Source: Octopus vulgaris (Eukaryota). Taken from it: 64,000 nucleotides of DNA. The notes under the pieces were generated by a model that was not told the origin of the DNA, made no database searches, and saw only the letters and a program-made list of their open reading frames with translations. The translations under genes were made by a program, and so were the position numbers. The stretch covers positions 42,222,001-42,286,000 of the forward strand of contig OX597821.1 of the NCBI GenBank assembly GCA_951406725.2, read 5' to 3'. This document shows positions 1 through 13,132 of this stretch, piece after piece. Within the stretch, counting starts at the first letter, position 1. Each line of letters begins with the position of its first letter.

Positions 1-1189
1 GGCAAAAGTAGTGAAGGCTGATCTTAGGTCTTTGAACTTCACAGGGGAGGTGATAAAGGATTGTGATGACTGGTGATATGCAGTGCTTGAGAAAGCTCAC
101 ACATCTTAGCAAAACCGACATTCTAGAAGCAAGTGTATATATACAACTGGGCCCTTGCTCAATTTCCTTGTCAAGCCTTCCCTACCACCTCCATCTCTGT
201 ATCGCTGATCCCTCCATCACTTCCCTAGCTGCAGCATTCTGCTGTTATAATTAAATATGAGCAGAACTACATATTTCATTTATCATCTTTTTCTGTGATA
301 TCAGCTATCTTTCTCACTACCAAAGGCCTCTTCACTTGATAACCGTTCTTCATTCTTAACATTAACTCTCTCCATTCATATTTTACAGAAAATCTCCTTC
401 TGTCTCTCCCTCTCCATTACATATCTTTCACTCTTTCCAAGTACTACATCTTTCTTTCTCCTCACACTCTTTGCAGCCACACATCATCTCCCTTTCTTTC
501 ATGTGGGTATCACCAAAAGTAGCAGAGATTTGAAGTCAGAGTTTGTCCTCTCTTAGATGAGTTGTCTTCCCAGGGTAGTAATTCCATCAACCCAGCACAC
601 TGGTCTTAAGGCATCAGCACCCACCTTCATTTCTTTTCCTGTCAACACAAACAGTTCCACCAGACTTAGAAGCTAAGTCAAACAACTAAACCCAAGGTCA
701 GGAGTTGGGTTTTGTTGTCAGAGGCTGTTTGAAACATTTGTCACGAGAAGTGAGAACTTAACTCCACAACCACTTCTCAACTTGACGGAAGGAAAGAAAA
801 AGGGACTAGGTAAGTACATAGTGAGCTTTTTACAATTTCTGCCAAACAAATTCCCTCAAAATGCATAGGCCAGCCTGAGATTATAATAGAAGACATTTCA
901 TGAAAATGGTGCACATTGGGCTGACCCCCAAATCACTCAGTTAAGAAGTAAACTTCTTTACACAACTATGCCTGCACCTTCACTTTCTTAATCACACAGT
1001 TATGCCCAATATATATACAGTGGGTGCATGGAGTGTCTGGATGAAATGACATAATTAACACACAAGGAATTTAATATTCAATCATGCTGTCATAAAAGTG
1101 TTAAATATGCAAGTCCATACAGTTTATTTTAACCCTTAGTATTAGTGGGTTTATAAGCAGTATTTGTGGATAGCTAAAGGTGATATGCA

Positions 1190-1231
1190 GCTGCTGATGA
1201 AGACTCCAAAGAGTCAAAACATATGTACAGC
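1190..1231 (+). ncRNA. Degenerate type I minimal hammerhead ribozyme (Penelope-type)
   Basis: GCTG-CTGATGA-A-GACTC-CAAA-GAGTC-AAAA-C-ATAT-GTA-CAGC. Stems I and II and the palindromic ACATATGT stem III are intact; the core GAAA reads AAAA. Confidence 0.55.
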
Positions 1232-1543
1232 CATCCCCACTTTTTCTGTCCACAAGTATATCATACAGATGAATTGCTTACAATCATTGCCATACAGCAT
1301 TGGCTAAAAATCCTATAGATATGATCTATAGCACGAATATATATATAATATATACTGTTATAATTAGTAGAAAGCTGCTAGTATATAAATTGGTTTGGTT
1401 AGTGTATCTGATTTTAGTTATTTAAATATGAAAATTTTCAGATGTATATCAAGAAGTACATTTGAATATCACTTATAATTAATATTAGCTATATACAAGG
1501 CAGCAAACCAGTAAAATCATTAGCCATTTGTCTTTACATTAGA

Positions 1544-2415
1544 TGTGGTGTGCAAGAGAGAAGACTGCATTGGTATGGTTATGTGGTGAGAATGGATGAG
1601 GAAAAAGTGCCACACCCTAGCCGTTGAGGGAACCTGTGAAAGAGGTAGAATCAGGAAGACCTGGGATGAAGTGGTGAAGCACGACCTTCGAACATTAGGC
1701 CTCACCAAGGAAATGACAAGCAACCGAGACCTTTGGAAATATGCTGTGCTCGAGAAGACCCAGCAAGCCAGATGAAACCATGACCCGTGGCCTATGCCAG
1801 GAGCATAACCAGCCCGCTTATGCGTAGCTTTTCCTTCTTTGGTCACTAAACTTTGCTTGCAAAGACCTGTTGTGGCAAGTGAAATCAAAATCAAAACCAT
1901 TTCGATGGCAGGCATCCGTGCTAGCGGAGCGCAAAGAGCACCATACGAGTGTGATCATTGACTGAGCGGCTATTCGAGTATGATCGTTACCAGCATCGCC
2001 TTACTGGCACTTATGCCTGTGCTAGTAGGGTGCCAAGAACACCATCCGAGCGTGATCGTTGTGATCATTGCCAGAGCAGCCAACTGGCTTCTGTACCCGT
2101 GGCACGTAAAAAGGTACGATTTCGAGTGTGATTGTTACCAACGTCGCTTCACTTGCACTTGTATCAGTGGCACGTGTAAAAGATTCAAGCGAGGTCATTG
2201 CCAGTACCGCCTGACTGGCCCTCATGCAGGTGGCACCTAAAAAGCACCCACTACACTCTTGGAGTGGTTGACGTTAGGAAGGGCATCCAGCTGTAGAAAC
2301 TCTGCCAGATCAATACTGGAGCCTGGTGCAGCCATCTAGTTGCCAGCCCTCAGTCAAAACCATCCAACCCATGCTAGAATGGAAAACAGACGTTAAACGA
2401 TTATGATGATGATGA
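1544..2415 (+). mobile_element. 5'-truncated RTE LINE (end of ORF, 3' UTR with tandem units, (GAT)n tail)
   Basis: Closely matches about 23910-24280 (CHTLAVEGTC, KTWDEVVKH), then diverged ~60-bp units, the conserved terminal segment and a GAT tail. Confidence 0.85.
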
Positions 2416-2695
2416 TTCTGAGTTCAAATTCTGCCATGGTTAAACTTTGTCTCTCCTTTCAGGATTGATAAAATAAGTACCAGTTGAGCACTGAGGTCAA
2501 TGTAATGGACTTGCCTCCTCCCCTGAAATTGCTGGCCTTGTGCCAAAATTTGAAACTGATATTAGTCATGAAAGAAATGAAAGATTTTACATGTACCACA
2601 TTTTATTTACACAAACATTTTTAAAATTCCTTCCCATTCAATTTTCAGTAATTTCTAAAGCTTAATAATTATTTATTGCCATTATTTTGACTTAC

Positions 2696-2790
2696 CTGAT
2701 TGGTGAGGAAAGCCAAATCTGTTGATTAGGTGACTGTTTGTTTAGGACATAGGTACCATAATCCCCAAGATATATAGAGAGGACTCCACT
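2696..2790 (-). CDS. FXN: Frataxin coding exon 4; final exon not found in window
   Basis: Acceptor tttattttag and donor CAG|gtaagt. Encodes [31 protein letters not shown](S), the frataxin signature GTYV-x-NKQ-x-PN-x-QIWLSSP. Confidence 0.97.
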
Positions 2791-3229
2791 CTAAAATAAA
2801 GATAGAATATAAAATCAGTCGAAATTTCTAATTATTGAAATCATAAATCAGCTTAAATAACAAAAGAAGTGAATCAAGACAGTTTATATAAACTCAGGTA
2901 TAATTTTGTAGAAGTTATGTGCAATGTGTTCTCATTGCTTGTTTTACTTGCCTTTTTCTTAAGAAATTTATGGACAGGGAAAAAAAAAAAGAAGCTTTAT
3001 AAATAGTGTATTCATCAGGCATTGGAGTTTGAGGGTACATTTAAAAAATTCATGAATCAAGTGTAGTTCACCTTCTTCAAAAGAATTTGAACTCAGTATC
3101 ACAAGCTAACAAAATATGCCAATCATTTTGGATTCACACTAAAGTGAACTGTATTTCTCCATAGTGGCAACTTATATTTAGATGGCTTAAGCGAATAAAA
3201 ATTAAGTGTAATCAAAAGTTAGTGTAGTA

Positions 3230-4230
3230 ACTTTAATGGCCATGTCCTTTGCATTCAATTCTCACATCTCAATACCTTGTGGTGTTGCTGTTCATACATA
3301 GGCATCATACAATTTACCTTTCACTCTGAGAGAGACATTTTGTTGCCAACAAAGGTAATACATCTCTGAACTTTGTCCAGCCTGTTCTTTTTCTATCAAC
3401 TACACTTTCAGAACATCTTCCTCCAGTGTTAATCAGGTCACCTAGGTAACAGAAACTATCTACTAACTCTAAGGATCTTCTTAGGCATGCAAGAAAATCT
3501 ATTTTCCTTGTGTTTCTAGGGTTTATCACTCCTGAGCATATGCCACATACTCCTGTGATTCAATTGCATTTCTTTAGTGTCCATAGTTTGTACTGGGTAC
3601 ACTGTATGGAATTTCCACCCATACCTTTTCTACATATGAAGCAGGGAATTTTCCTGAAAGGGAGAAGAGTGCTGTCTGTTTTCTAACTTACTAAAATTTT
3701 GGTCTTAGCTAAGAGAATTTTTGATTCTGGGTGTTGTCTACACATGCAGAATTTCTTTTCTAATTCTACAACAGATTCTGCTACAAGAATGAGGAATCAT
3801 CAGTATATAGCAGTTTCTAAGAGCAAAGGGTCTTAACCTCCTCTGTTATGGCTTGGAGAGCTCTGATGAAGAGAAGAGAAGTGAAAACTGAGCTGTGATG
3901 AACTCCCAACTGTGCTGAATTTGTTGCAGTACTTGTTATGTCTCAACTTACTAACAGTGCCTTTGGCTATAGTTTGTATGACTCCCACACACCATTCATC
4001 TATTCCTAGCTTCTTCAATACCCAACAGATTACAGAAGGGAGTATTCTGTTGAAGGCTTTCCCCAGGTCAAAGAATGTTAAGTATGGTAGCATACTTTTA
4101 AGTAAATATTTTTTCTGTAGTTGCCTCACAAGGAAGAGAACATCCATAATACTTCTCCCTGACACAAAACCAATCTACATCTCAACTAGTTTTAACCCTC
4201 TCTCTAATTAATTAAGCTATAACCCTTATG
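3230..4230 (-). mobile_element. Decayed RTE LINE reverse transcriptase fragment
   Basis: Broken frames FLVRQLQKKYL...FFDLGKAFNRI and LELVDSFCYLGDLINTGGRCSESV, homologous to the ORF at 22986-24113. Confidence 0.8.
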
Positions 4231-5319
4231 CATATATGTATCATCATATGTATCATGCAGAGTGTACTGGTTGGTTCTTTTTTTGACACAAGTACTAGTG
4301 GCATTGCCAAGTAAATTGCCAGACAAAGAAAAAGATAACATGCAGATAGATCAGAAATAGGGAGATGATGTGTGGGGTTGGAGAGTGGCATGAGAGAGAA
4401 AGAGAGATGTATAGGGACAGAGATGGAGTTGAGAGTTACACTGTGGTAGCTATTGTTTGTGGATGGGAAAAGGTGGAGGTGAAATCAACAGCAAATATGA
4501 CAGAGTGTTAAAGGTGAGGTATAGCAGTTCTAAGATGTAGCTCAGGATGGGGGGGGGGATCTGGAGGCACAAGAGGAGGTAATCAGTGGAAAATGAATAA
4601 AAGAAATAATAAAAATGGGGGGAAAAAAAGCATTGGAGGGGTGATGCATACCTTGCATGCAGATAAATTTTTTTGAAAATTATAGTGTGGCTTACAATCT
4701 GTCACCTACCCATGTTTTTTAACTGAACTGAATTAAGCTTTTTTGACTAAACCTGCTTATCAGGAAATTTGTAAGTTCAATCTTTAAAAAAAATTTTTTT
4801 TTCAAGCATCACCATTATGGGTATTTATACTCCAGTGAAATTAAGAAATCAACTTGTAAATAAATGAAACCTTTGAATCTATCACTGTACACACACTCAT
4901 GCACACATACACTGTCACATATCTATGTATTGGTGAAAATCCATTCAGCCATTTCCCAGTAATTTTGCAAGCACACAAACAAAGATGAGTGACTACAATA
5001 CCCTGCTTTTGCTTACATGCGCAAGATAATAAAAAAAATAGTAAATAAAGGAAGAGATGATAATGTGAAAGAGAGGTGGATGTTAATGGAAATGGTTCCA
5101 GCGAGATGGGGAGGTAACTGGAAGGGCAAAGGGGAAGAAATACATGCAAATTCTTCTGTCTTGATTACAGCAGCTGAATAGTGCCATTGTTAGAAAAGTA
5201 ATGGAGGGATGGGTTTTATGATGATGAAAGGCAAGGGAAGATTGGATAAAAGGAAAAGGACCTCACTTTCACCATATAGACAGGTATTATCAAGCACAGT
5301 AAAATGCCAATTATTTAAA

Positions 5320-6360
5320 TCCTTTGTCTTCTCTTCCATGAGGTCCAACATCTGTCCCATGTCTTCCTAGGGCTCCCTCTTTGACAAGTTTCATCCACTT
5401 GTCAAATTAGCATTTCTTTATACAACTGTCCTCATCCACACACACATCACATGTCCATACCAGTGCAGTCTTCTCCCTTACACACTACACCTGTTCCTCT
5501 TACTCTTTATTTTTCTCTCAATACATTTATACTTTGTTATTCATGCACTCTGACATATCACATCCAGCAGAGCACATTCATCAGAGCATGCTAGCTTGCA
5601 TTCAGGGCCCATATCTCACCACCAAGCAGCATGGCTGTTCATATACAAGCATTGTATGATCAACAGCGGTAATAACTCTTTGAACTCTCTCCATGCTATA
5701 CTTATTCTTGCAATTATACTCTCAGAACATCCTCCTTCACTGCTAATTAGATCACTTAAGAAACAAAACTATTCACTACCTCTAGGGAACCTCATGGGTA
5801 TTTGAGAGAATCTATTTCGTGTGTTATCAGTATTTACTGCTCAGAAATGTTTGGCATATACAAAGTCTACTTTTGCCATTATCCTTTCTGTAATTCCATG
5901 GCACCTCTTGAGCGTCCATAGTTTGCACTGAGTACACCAAATGGAATTTCTCCTTCTTGGCACAAAACCAAACTGTATCTCATCTAGGCTAATTCTCTTC
6001 CTGATAATAACTGGGTGATATTTTTCTATAACTTTCATGACCTGGTCCAGCCATTTAATACCTCTGTAATGACTTCTGTCTAAGGCATCCCTTTTACCCT
6101 AGTAACAGTTGATTAGAATGCTGTTATGCCAGCCATAGTATGACACCTTCCTGTACAACCTAGTAAACTAGTTGACTGGGCCATATCCTACTCTGCTAGA
6201 TATTTTAAGTATCTCAGCTTTGATTCCTGAAGGTGCCAAGGGTCCTGCCTTTTTTCCTACTTACTAAAATATTTATCTTTGCTAAGTTTACCTAAAGACC
6301 TCTTGATTCTAAGTTTAGCTTCCATGCCTAGAATTCCCTTTCTAAAAGACTTTACAGGAC
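5320..6360 (-). mobile_element. Decayed, rearranged RTE LINE fragments
   Basis: RISLDEIQFGFVP and NSIWCTQCKLWTLKRC motifs, plus 3'-end similarity. Confidence 0.7.
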
Positions 6361-6583
6361 GGTTGTTACCTCAAGGAAATTAGAGGCACTGGATATAACA
6401 GTTACAGAGTTATATTGAAAAGTAGAGTGATAAAAGGATTTCTGCAGTGCGAGTTTAGGGCCCACCATTGCTTGACAACAGATGGTGGTGTGTTTATGTC
6501 CCCGTAATTTAGCAGTTTGACAAAAAAGATTGAAAGAATAAATACTAGTACATGAAAAAATAAGTTCTGGGATCAATTTATTC

Positions 6584-6981
6584 GGATCTTTTCAGTTTGA
6601 ATGGCAGTTATTTCTCGTGGTGTCATATGAAATTGTCACCCTAGTATCAATCTATTGCATTTCAATTTGTTTTAGGGTTAGGGGTGGGGGGAAGGGTATC
6701 TTTTTTTCTTCACAGATGTAAATAAACCCAATCTGTTTCTTAAACGAGGGACATATTCATACAGCACAGAATTTTTTTTTTACTTCAATAGATGTCAGTG
6801 ATTGGTTGAAATTGCAGAAGTTGAAGAAAAAAAAACAAATATCTTACAAACTATAGAATTTTCTCAATAAAGCCAAGAGAAAAAAATGTTTTATAAACAC
6901 ATTCTACCAGTATACGAAGTTTAAAATTTTTTAGTTACCTAGAAATTATGTTAAAAACTGCCGTTTAAACCGAAAAGATCC
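6584..6981. mobile_element. MITE with GGATCTTTTC termini and 8-bp TSD (Merlin-like), inserted in a SINE
   Basis: Starts GGATCTTTTC and ends GAAAAGATCC. ATTTATTC is duplicated at 6576-6583 and 6982-6989. SINE sequence resumes on both sides. Confidence 0.85.
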
Positions 6982-7112
6982 ATTTATTCAACTAAAATTC
7001 TTCAAAGCTGTACCCCAGCATGGCTACAGCCTAATGACTGAAACAAGTAAAAGAGTAAAAGATTAGTTTAAATATCAATACACAGAAGTGTGTCTATATA
7101 TATATATATAGT

Positions 7113-9460
7113 TGTGGTATATTCTGTTAAGGACGTAGTAGTAGTATAAAGCACGTTCATCTTCAGATTTCACCCTGTGTTATCCAGTCATAGTATTATA
7201 CATACTTCCAGGATTGCATTTGAGCATCTGTTGTGTGTGAATAGATAACTGAAAAAACTTGGAGTCAACATGTATATTTACTTGTATATACACTCATGAT
7301 ATCAAATAAACACATTCTGTTACCATATGGATAATTTTCAATGGGGAAAAAAAAAAAAATTGACTTCGTAAATTTTGTGCTGTATATGTGTTTATTCTTA
7401 TTTTGCACCTTTTTCATACAGATCCCTTACTAAGATGTCACACAATCCAAGGGACTTAATCTAAATTATGTCTTCTGATAAAATTAACATATCTCTCAGA
7501 TTATTTTAGTCTCATTTTTACCATCTTTTCTTTCCAATTAACAGAAATTTTTTTTTTTTTTTTGGTCTTGGCCTAATGATTACTGATGTAGCAATAATGA
7601 TTACTCTTCTACACAGTACTGTTGTGACGAGGGTCATTGACACGTTGGTGGATTGGAGAATGGACTAGCCGAACTCATAATTTTTTTTTGTTTTTTGTGG
7701 TACAAAACCAAAGAAAAACTTATTTAACATGGAAGACTTGTTGAATCGCATGGTACATTTGCAACAGCAACAACAGCAGTTACAACAACAACAACAACAA
7801 TACCAACAGTTACTGGAAGTAATGTTGAAGTCTGAAAATACTTCAGGTTCATTCTCATCAGACAGCATAGCAAATTCAATTGGAGAATTTATCTATAACC
7901 CAAAAGAAGATATTACTTTTTCTTCATATTTTAGAAGAAAAAAGAAATCTTCAAAGAAGAATGTAAAAATTGGAATGACGGGAAGGTGTGACTACTTTTA
8001 AGAAAGTTATCCCCTCCTGAACATGAAAAATACTGTAACCATAATCTGCCAAAGAAACCAGGTGAGATTTGTTTCAATGAAACAGTTAATTTGTTATTGA
8101 GAATTTTCAGTGAAAGAAGTTCACTGTTCAATACTCATTGGCAATGTTTAAATTTAGTTAAAAAAGATGAAGGTTTCATCACCTTGCTGGGGTAGTTAAC
8201 AGAGAGTTAACAGAGAAAAATTCAAATTAAATGAATTAACCCCGGATTTGTTCAAATGTACATTTTTTGTTCAAGGGTTAATAGCAAGAAAAGATGATAC
8301 ATGTTCCCATATATTAACAAAATTAGAACAGGACCAAAAATTAACACTACAGGCAGTGGCTGAAGAATGCCAGAGGATTATAAATTTAAGGCATGACGCA
8401 GATAAAACTGAAGAAAAAGATTGCTCTCAGATACATGCATGTCGTCCTGAAACAGATAAGAAAAAAGAAAAACGAATGTCTAGGCCAAATCCATGCCATG
8501 GTTGCAGAGGTTTACATTTTAAAAGTAATTGTCCTTTTAAAAATCATAACTGTTTTGATTGCAGAAAAATCAGACATAAAAGCACAAACTGAATAGCAAA
8601 ACAAAAATAAAAGGTTAAAAAAAATGCTAGAAAGAATGTATTGCTAAAAAAATTCTAAGCAAGGCTCAGAAAAGAAAAAATGCGTCCATAAAAAATGAAT
8701 AATATGAATATCAAGTTACAATTGGATACAGGTGGTGATATCATGATGATTAATACAGATACATGGAGAAAATTGCGCAATGTATTTCAAGAAAAAATAC
8801 TGCATTTTATGGGTGAAATGATAAGTAATGTTACATTTTGTAGAAAAACTTTGAAAACCAAAGGTTTTGTGTTGAAAAATATAACAAATTTATTTGGAAC
8901 AGACTAGATAGAACTATTTAACTTATGGGACCTACCCAAAAATATTTTTTGTAAGTATGTGAATGAGTCTTCTGCCAATACAAATAAGGTATCAGAGGAT
9001 TTTAAAAAAGAATTTTAAAAATTTTTCCTTAAGTTTTTTCTGAAGAAAAACAGAGTCAAGTTGGACCTATCTGAAGAATATTTGCAGGTAAAAGTCAATG
9101 AGGAATGTTTAAAATTATTGACAATAAATACCCATAAAGGGTTGTATAAATTTAATCGACTCCCCTCTGGTATAAAGGTACACCTGGCCTTTTCCAACAA
9201 GTTATGGACATTATGCTCGCAGGTTCGGATTTCGCTGTAGCTTACCTTGATGCCATACTCATAAAATGTGAATCTCAAGGTCAGCATGCTGAGCATGTGA
9301 AAAAGATCTTCAAAACAATAGAAGAAGCTCAGTGAGGAAAAGTGTGAATTTTTTATGTCAAGAATAAAATATCTTGGGCAGATTATTGATGAAAATGGAT
9401 GCAAACCAGACCTGTCTAGGGCAAGTGCAATAAAAAATATGCCTCCCCCAACAAACATGA
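7113..9460 (+). mobile_element. Decayed Gypsy LTR retrotransposon (putative LTR, gag, protease, partial RT)
   Basis: Putative LTR TGTGGTA...TACCATA at 7113-7327. Gag frames with zinc knuckles CHGCRGLHFKSNC and CFDCRKIRH, protease LQLDTGGD, and RT remnants TINTHKGLYKFNRLP and KCEFFMSRIKYLGQII. Many frameshifts and an internal deletion. Confidence 0.85.
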
Positions 9461-9979
9461 ATTTTATTGTTACACCTACACAATGTTAAGTCTGTGGCAA
9501 TGACATGTTCTGTTATTTAAAATTTGGTAGAAATTTCTTTCAAGGTGCCATATATAGACTGATTTCTACGAGTAATTTCTGACATCATAGTTTCTATGGT
9601 GATAGGAACTTAGTTGGAACCTAGCTTTAGGAGCAATAACCAATTAAAACATTTCAAAGGAAATTGATTCTAAAGTTTTAGCATTTAATACAGATAATCT
9701 CTCCTGTCAATGTTGTATATCCTATTATTGGCAGAGTATACCTGGCGCAAACATCTAGCCTTAAAAGTTTAGCGAGGGAAGTCACTAATGAAGATGTCAA
9801 CACCTTAATAACTGGACTGAGTCATTAATCTAATGGCTATAAAATACCTCTGTGCAGTAATAACAACACTTGTCTGCGTGCATGAACAACTATGTGTCCA
9901 AGGTTTTATTCAAATGCATAACAAATGAACTCATGCTGTGTGTACACAATGTTCAATAAAGTTATCTGTGATTGAAGAA

Positions 9980-11618
9980 TGTTTTGTCATGTTTCATGAT
10001 GAAAGTGAGAAAATAGAAGGAATTCAAACTACAAAGTTCACTTTCAGGCAGGCACTAGTGTAGCAAGGTGTTGGTGGGACAGAAAGTCAAATCCGCGTCC
10101 CTGGCTCTCTCTCTCTGAAGTTAACCTTGTAGTGACTTAGAGCAGAAAGAGGAAGTTCAGTTGGAATATGCTCTTAAGTAGGTGAATTGCTTCTACCATC
10201 CTCCTATGTGTTGTTTAGCAATCACACCTTGTATGCTAGCAAAGGGGGAGCTAACCATGTTCACTTGGGATGATCTAGAACATTCAATAGTGGAGATAAC
10301 TGATGTTGACTCCCAACAGTTATTTTGCAGGTTACGAACCTGCTTCAAATAGCATTGCCCACAGTACCCTCCCCCAGACTGAAAGGAATGAAACGGTTGA
10401 ACAGGCAAAGAGTTAACTGTAGGCAGTGAAACAGGTGATTGCTCGTGCTATACAAGGAGGAATAGAGACACAAAGAGTGTGGAAAAGGATAAATCATGGA
10501 AGATGGCAAAATGTAAACAATGCATGCAAACACAAGATTATGCAAATAAAAGAATAGAAACATGTAAAAACAAATGCATATAACATACGGAATATATGTA
10601 ATAAAATGTACAAAGAGAAGATGCAGCAAAACAGTTTGTTAAATTGTAGTTTGTTCAAAACAGGTTGTGTATCAACAGGTACAGTTTATGCTAATATAGA
10701 AAAGGTGATTAAATTTAGTTTTGGACAGTTTATGTGGCCAAGTTACTGTTCTACCACTTCGTGCGACATAAGGTGGAATGGAATGTGGTGTTTGCAAATG
10801 TTTTTTGGAATCATGTAAAGATGGTTGAGGTTGATGTAAAGTTGTTGTTTGTGGAGTGAGTGTGTCAGGTGTGTTCAGGTAGTGGAATAAGACTTTCAGA
10901 GAAAGCCTTCTTTATTCTGTCAGTAGATACAGTCTCTTTCCAACCGTTAATGTCCATGGTGAAAAGTTTTAGTGCGTGTGAAAGCACACAAAAAGGGCCT
11001 GAGTAGGGTGGTGTAAGGGGTCCTTTCACAACATCATTCCACAAAAAGACAGGTGTCCATGTAGGGATATCTGCTGGAACAGCAGAAGAAATAGACTGGT
11101 CACAGGGGTGGCAGATCCGAGAAGTAAGGAAGAAGTCTGGTGATGTACAACTCAATATGTCTTGCCATGTTCCAAAATGACAGTGAGAAAATAGAAGGAA
11201 TTCAAACTACAAAAATTACTTTCAGACAGGCAGTAGGTATAGAATAAATACCATAGCAAGTTGCTGGTAGGACAGAATGTCGACTCTGTGTACCTGGCTC
11301 TCTCTCTCCGAAGTTGACCTTGTTGTGACTTAGAGCAGAAGGAGGAAGTTCAGTTGGAATATGCTCTTAAGTAGGTGATATGCTTCTAACATCCTCCTAT
11401 GTATTGTTTAGTAGTTACGCCTTGTATGCTAGCAAAGGGGGAGCTAACCATGTTCACTTGGGATGATCTAGAACATTTGACAGCAGAGATAACTGTCGTT
11501 AATAACCAATGAATATTTTGCAGGTTATGAACCTGCTTCAAATAGTGTTGCCTACATTACCCTCCCCCAGACCGAAAGGAATGAAAAGATCAAACAGGCA
11601 GAGAGTTAACTGTAGGCT
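9980..11618. repeat. Pair of diverged ~430-bp direct repeats (about 9980-10424 and 11157-11618)
   Basis: Colinear blocks GTGAGAAAATAGAAGGAATTCAAACTACAAA ... GAGTTAACTGTAGGC appear in both copies. Confidence 0.85.
10865..11155 (-). mobile_element. Gypsy integrase C-terminal (GPY/F) fragment
   Basis: VFLWNDVVKGPLTPPYSGPFCVL...DINGWKETVSTDRIKKA matches the L-x-P-P-Y-x-G-P-F...VS-x-DR-L/I-K motif. Confidence 0.75.
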
Positions 11619-12569
11619 CAACATAATATCTTCTAAACAACCTATTGAGATGTTCGGACATATCCAAAAGGGGATACACTGGAATGGTTTCTTGTTGACT
11701 TTTTAAATGCAGAACTGCAAATTAATAAAGACACTTCAATCATAATTGGTCTTAATAGCTTATCACAATAAAGTTTACCTTGAAATTGTATCTCTTTGCA
11801 TCTAGATTGACTGAACTATTAAAAATAGTTTACAGATGTCATATCTTTTCAGAAGCTTTCATTATTTTATTTATTTTATTTTATCTAGTTTCAGCTCACG
11901 AGCTGTGGCCATACTGGGGCACCGCCATTAAAAAGATACTTAGGTTCTACCGAGACTAGCACTATTTTCTAGAAGTTGCTATGTAAATTTCCATTGCATG
12001 CCTTTGCTTTAGTTCTGGAAGCAAGTATTTTTATCTCATCTCATCCTCTTCACTCGCTTATGGGAACAGAGTCCTCAAGAATGCTTTCCAATGGGTCCTG
12101 TCAGAAGCATCTGTCTCTAATTGATCCGGCTGGATTCCCAAGCAGGACCAACTGAGCTCTTGACCTTCTCTTCAGTTTCCTGCTAGTTGGTTTTTCTCAT
12201 AAAACCTGTCCAGCAATTCTTTCCTGAGATATTCTTACCATATGTCCATAGTACTGAAGCTTTAAGCTCTCAATTCAGAGAAGCAGCAGCTCTACCTGGA
12301 GTGCCTCTATGATTTCCGACAAAACTGGATATATCAGAAATCATAGAGGTACTCCTTAGTAACTACAACTCAAGCATGAACTGGCCATGGTGCTTCTTTC
12401 TCAGCTAATTATACAAAAGTTACACATCTGACTCCAGAGGACATTTAACTAACTGGCTTAGTTATTCTAGCAGATAATTTGTATAGTTCACTTACAGTAT
12501 GGCTATAGTAAAATGGCTGAAACTTGTAAAAGTGTAAGATAGTGAGAGTGTGTGTGTGTGTGTGTGTGT

Positions 12570-12615
<46 letters not shown>

Positions 12616-12741
12616 ATATATATAATCAAAATAAGCAACAAGATTATAATCACCCCATTTGATTTATATGGATAATACCATACAAAATCCTGGTGCCTTT
12701 GACTTAAGTACCATATTCATCTGAATCTAAATTTTGCTGAA

Positions 12742-12804
<63 letters not shown>

Positions 12805-13011
12805 GTACACACATATATATATACTTACATAAGATGTAATAATTTGTATAGTTCTGTAGCATCACACATAAAGCAAGTCAGTTCATCTAACTCAAAGTTA
12901 TACATATGAAAAAAACTTGAATTCAGCATGGCAAGCTAATAAAGCAACTATAAATTATATTGTACTCTTGCAAGGAAAAAGAAGGCTGAGGAGAAGCATC
13001 ACTTTACTCAC

Positions 13012-13132
13012 AGAATAAGAGACGTCAAATCCTTCTGGACAGTTATCTATATCTTCAAAACTTTCAACTGACTCCAGTAAAGATTCCAATGTTTCTTCAG
13101 CAATTCTGTCGTATTCATTTGCATTTAATCCA
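13012..13132 (-). CDS. FXN: Frataxin coding exon 3 (acidic helix 1)
   Basis: Pyrimidine-rich acceptor ending ttctaaag and donor TCT|gtgagt; 121 nt. Encodes GLNANEYDRIAEETLESLLESVESFEDIDNCPEGFDVSYS, aligning to frataxin YERLAEETLDSL...DYDVSF. Confidence 0.95.

Noticed and set aside
1915-2250. Repeat-spacer-like array of GGCAC...AAAAAGCACC units
   Set aside because: The intervening sequences are homologous to one another, and the array is part of the RTE 3' UTR.
7729-8001. PolyQ protein gene
   Set aside because: It is the N-terminus of the frameshifted Gypsy gag.
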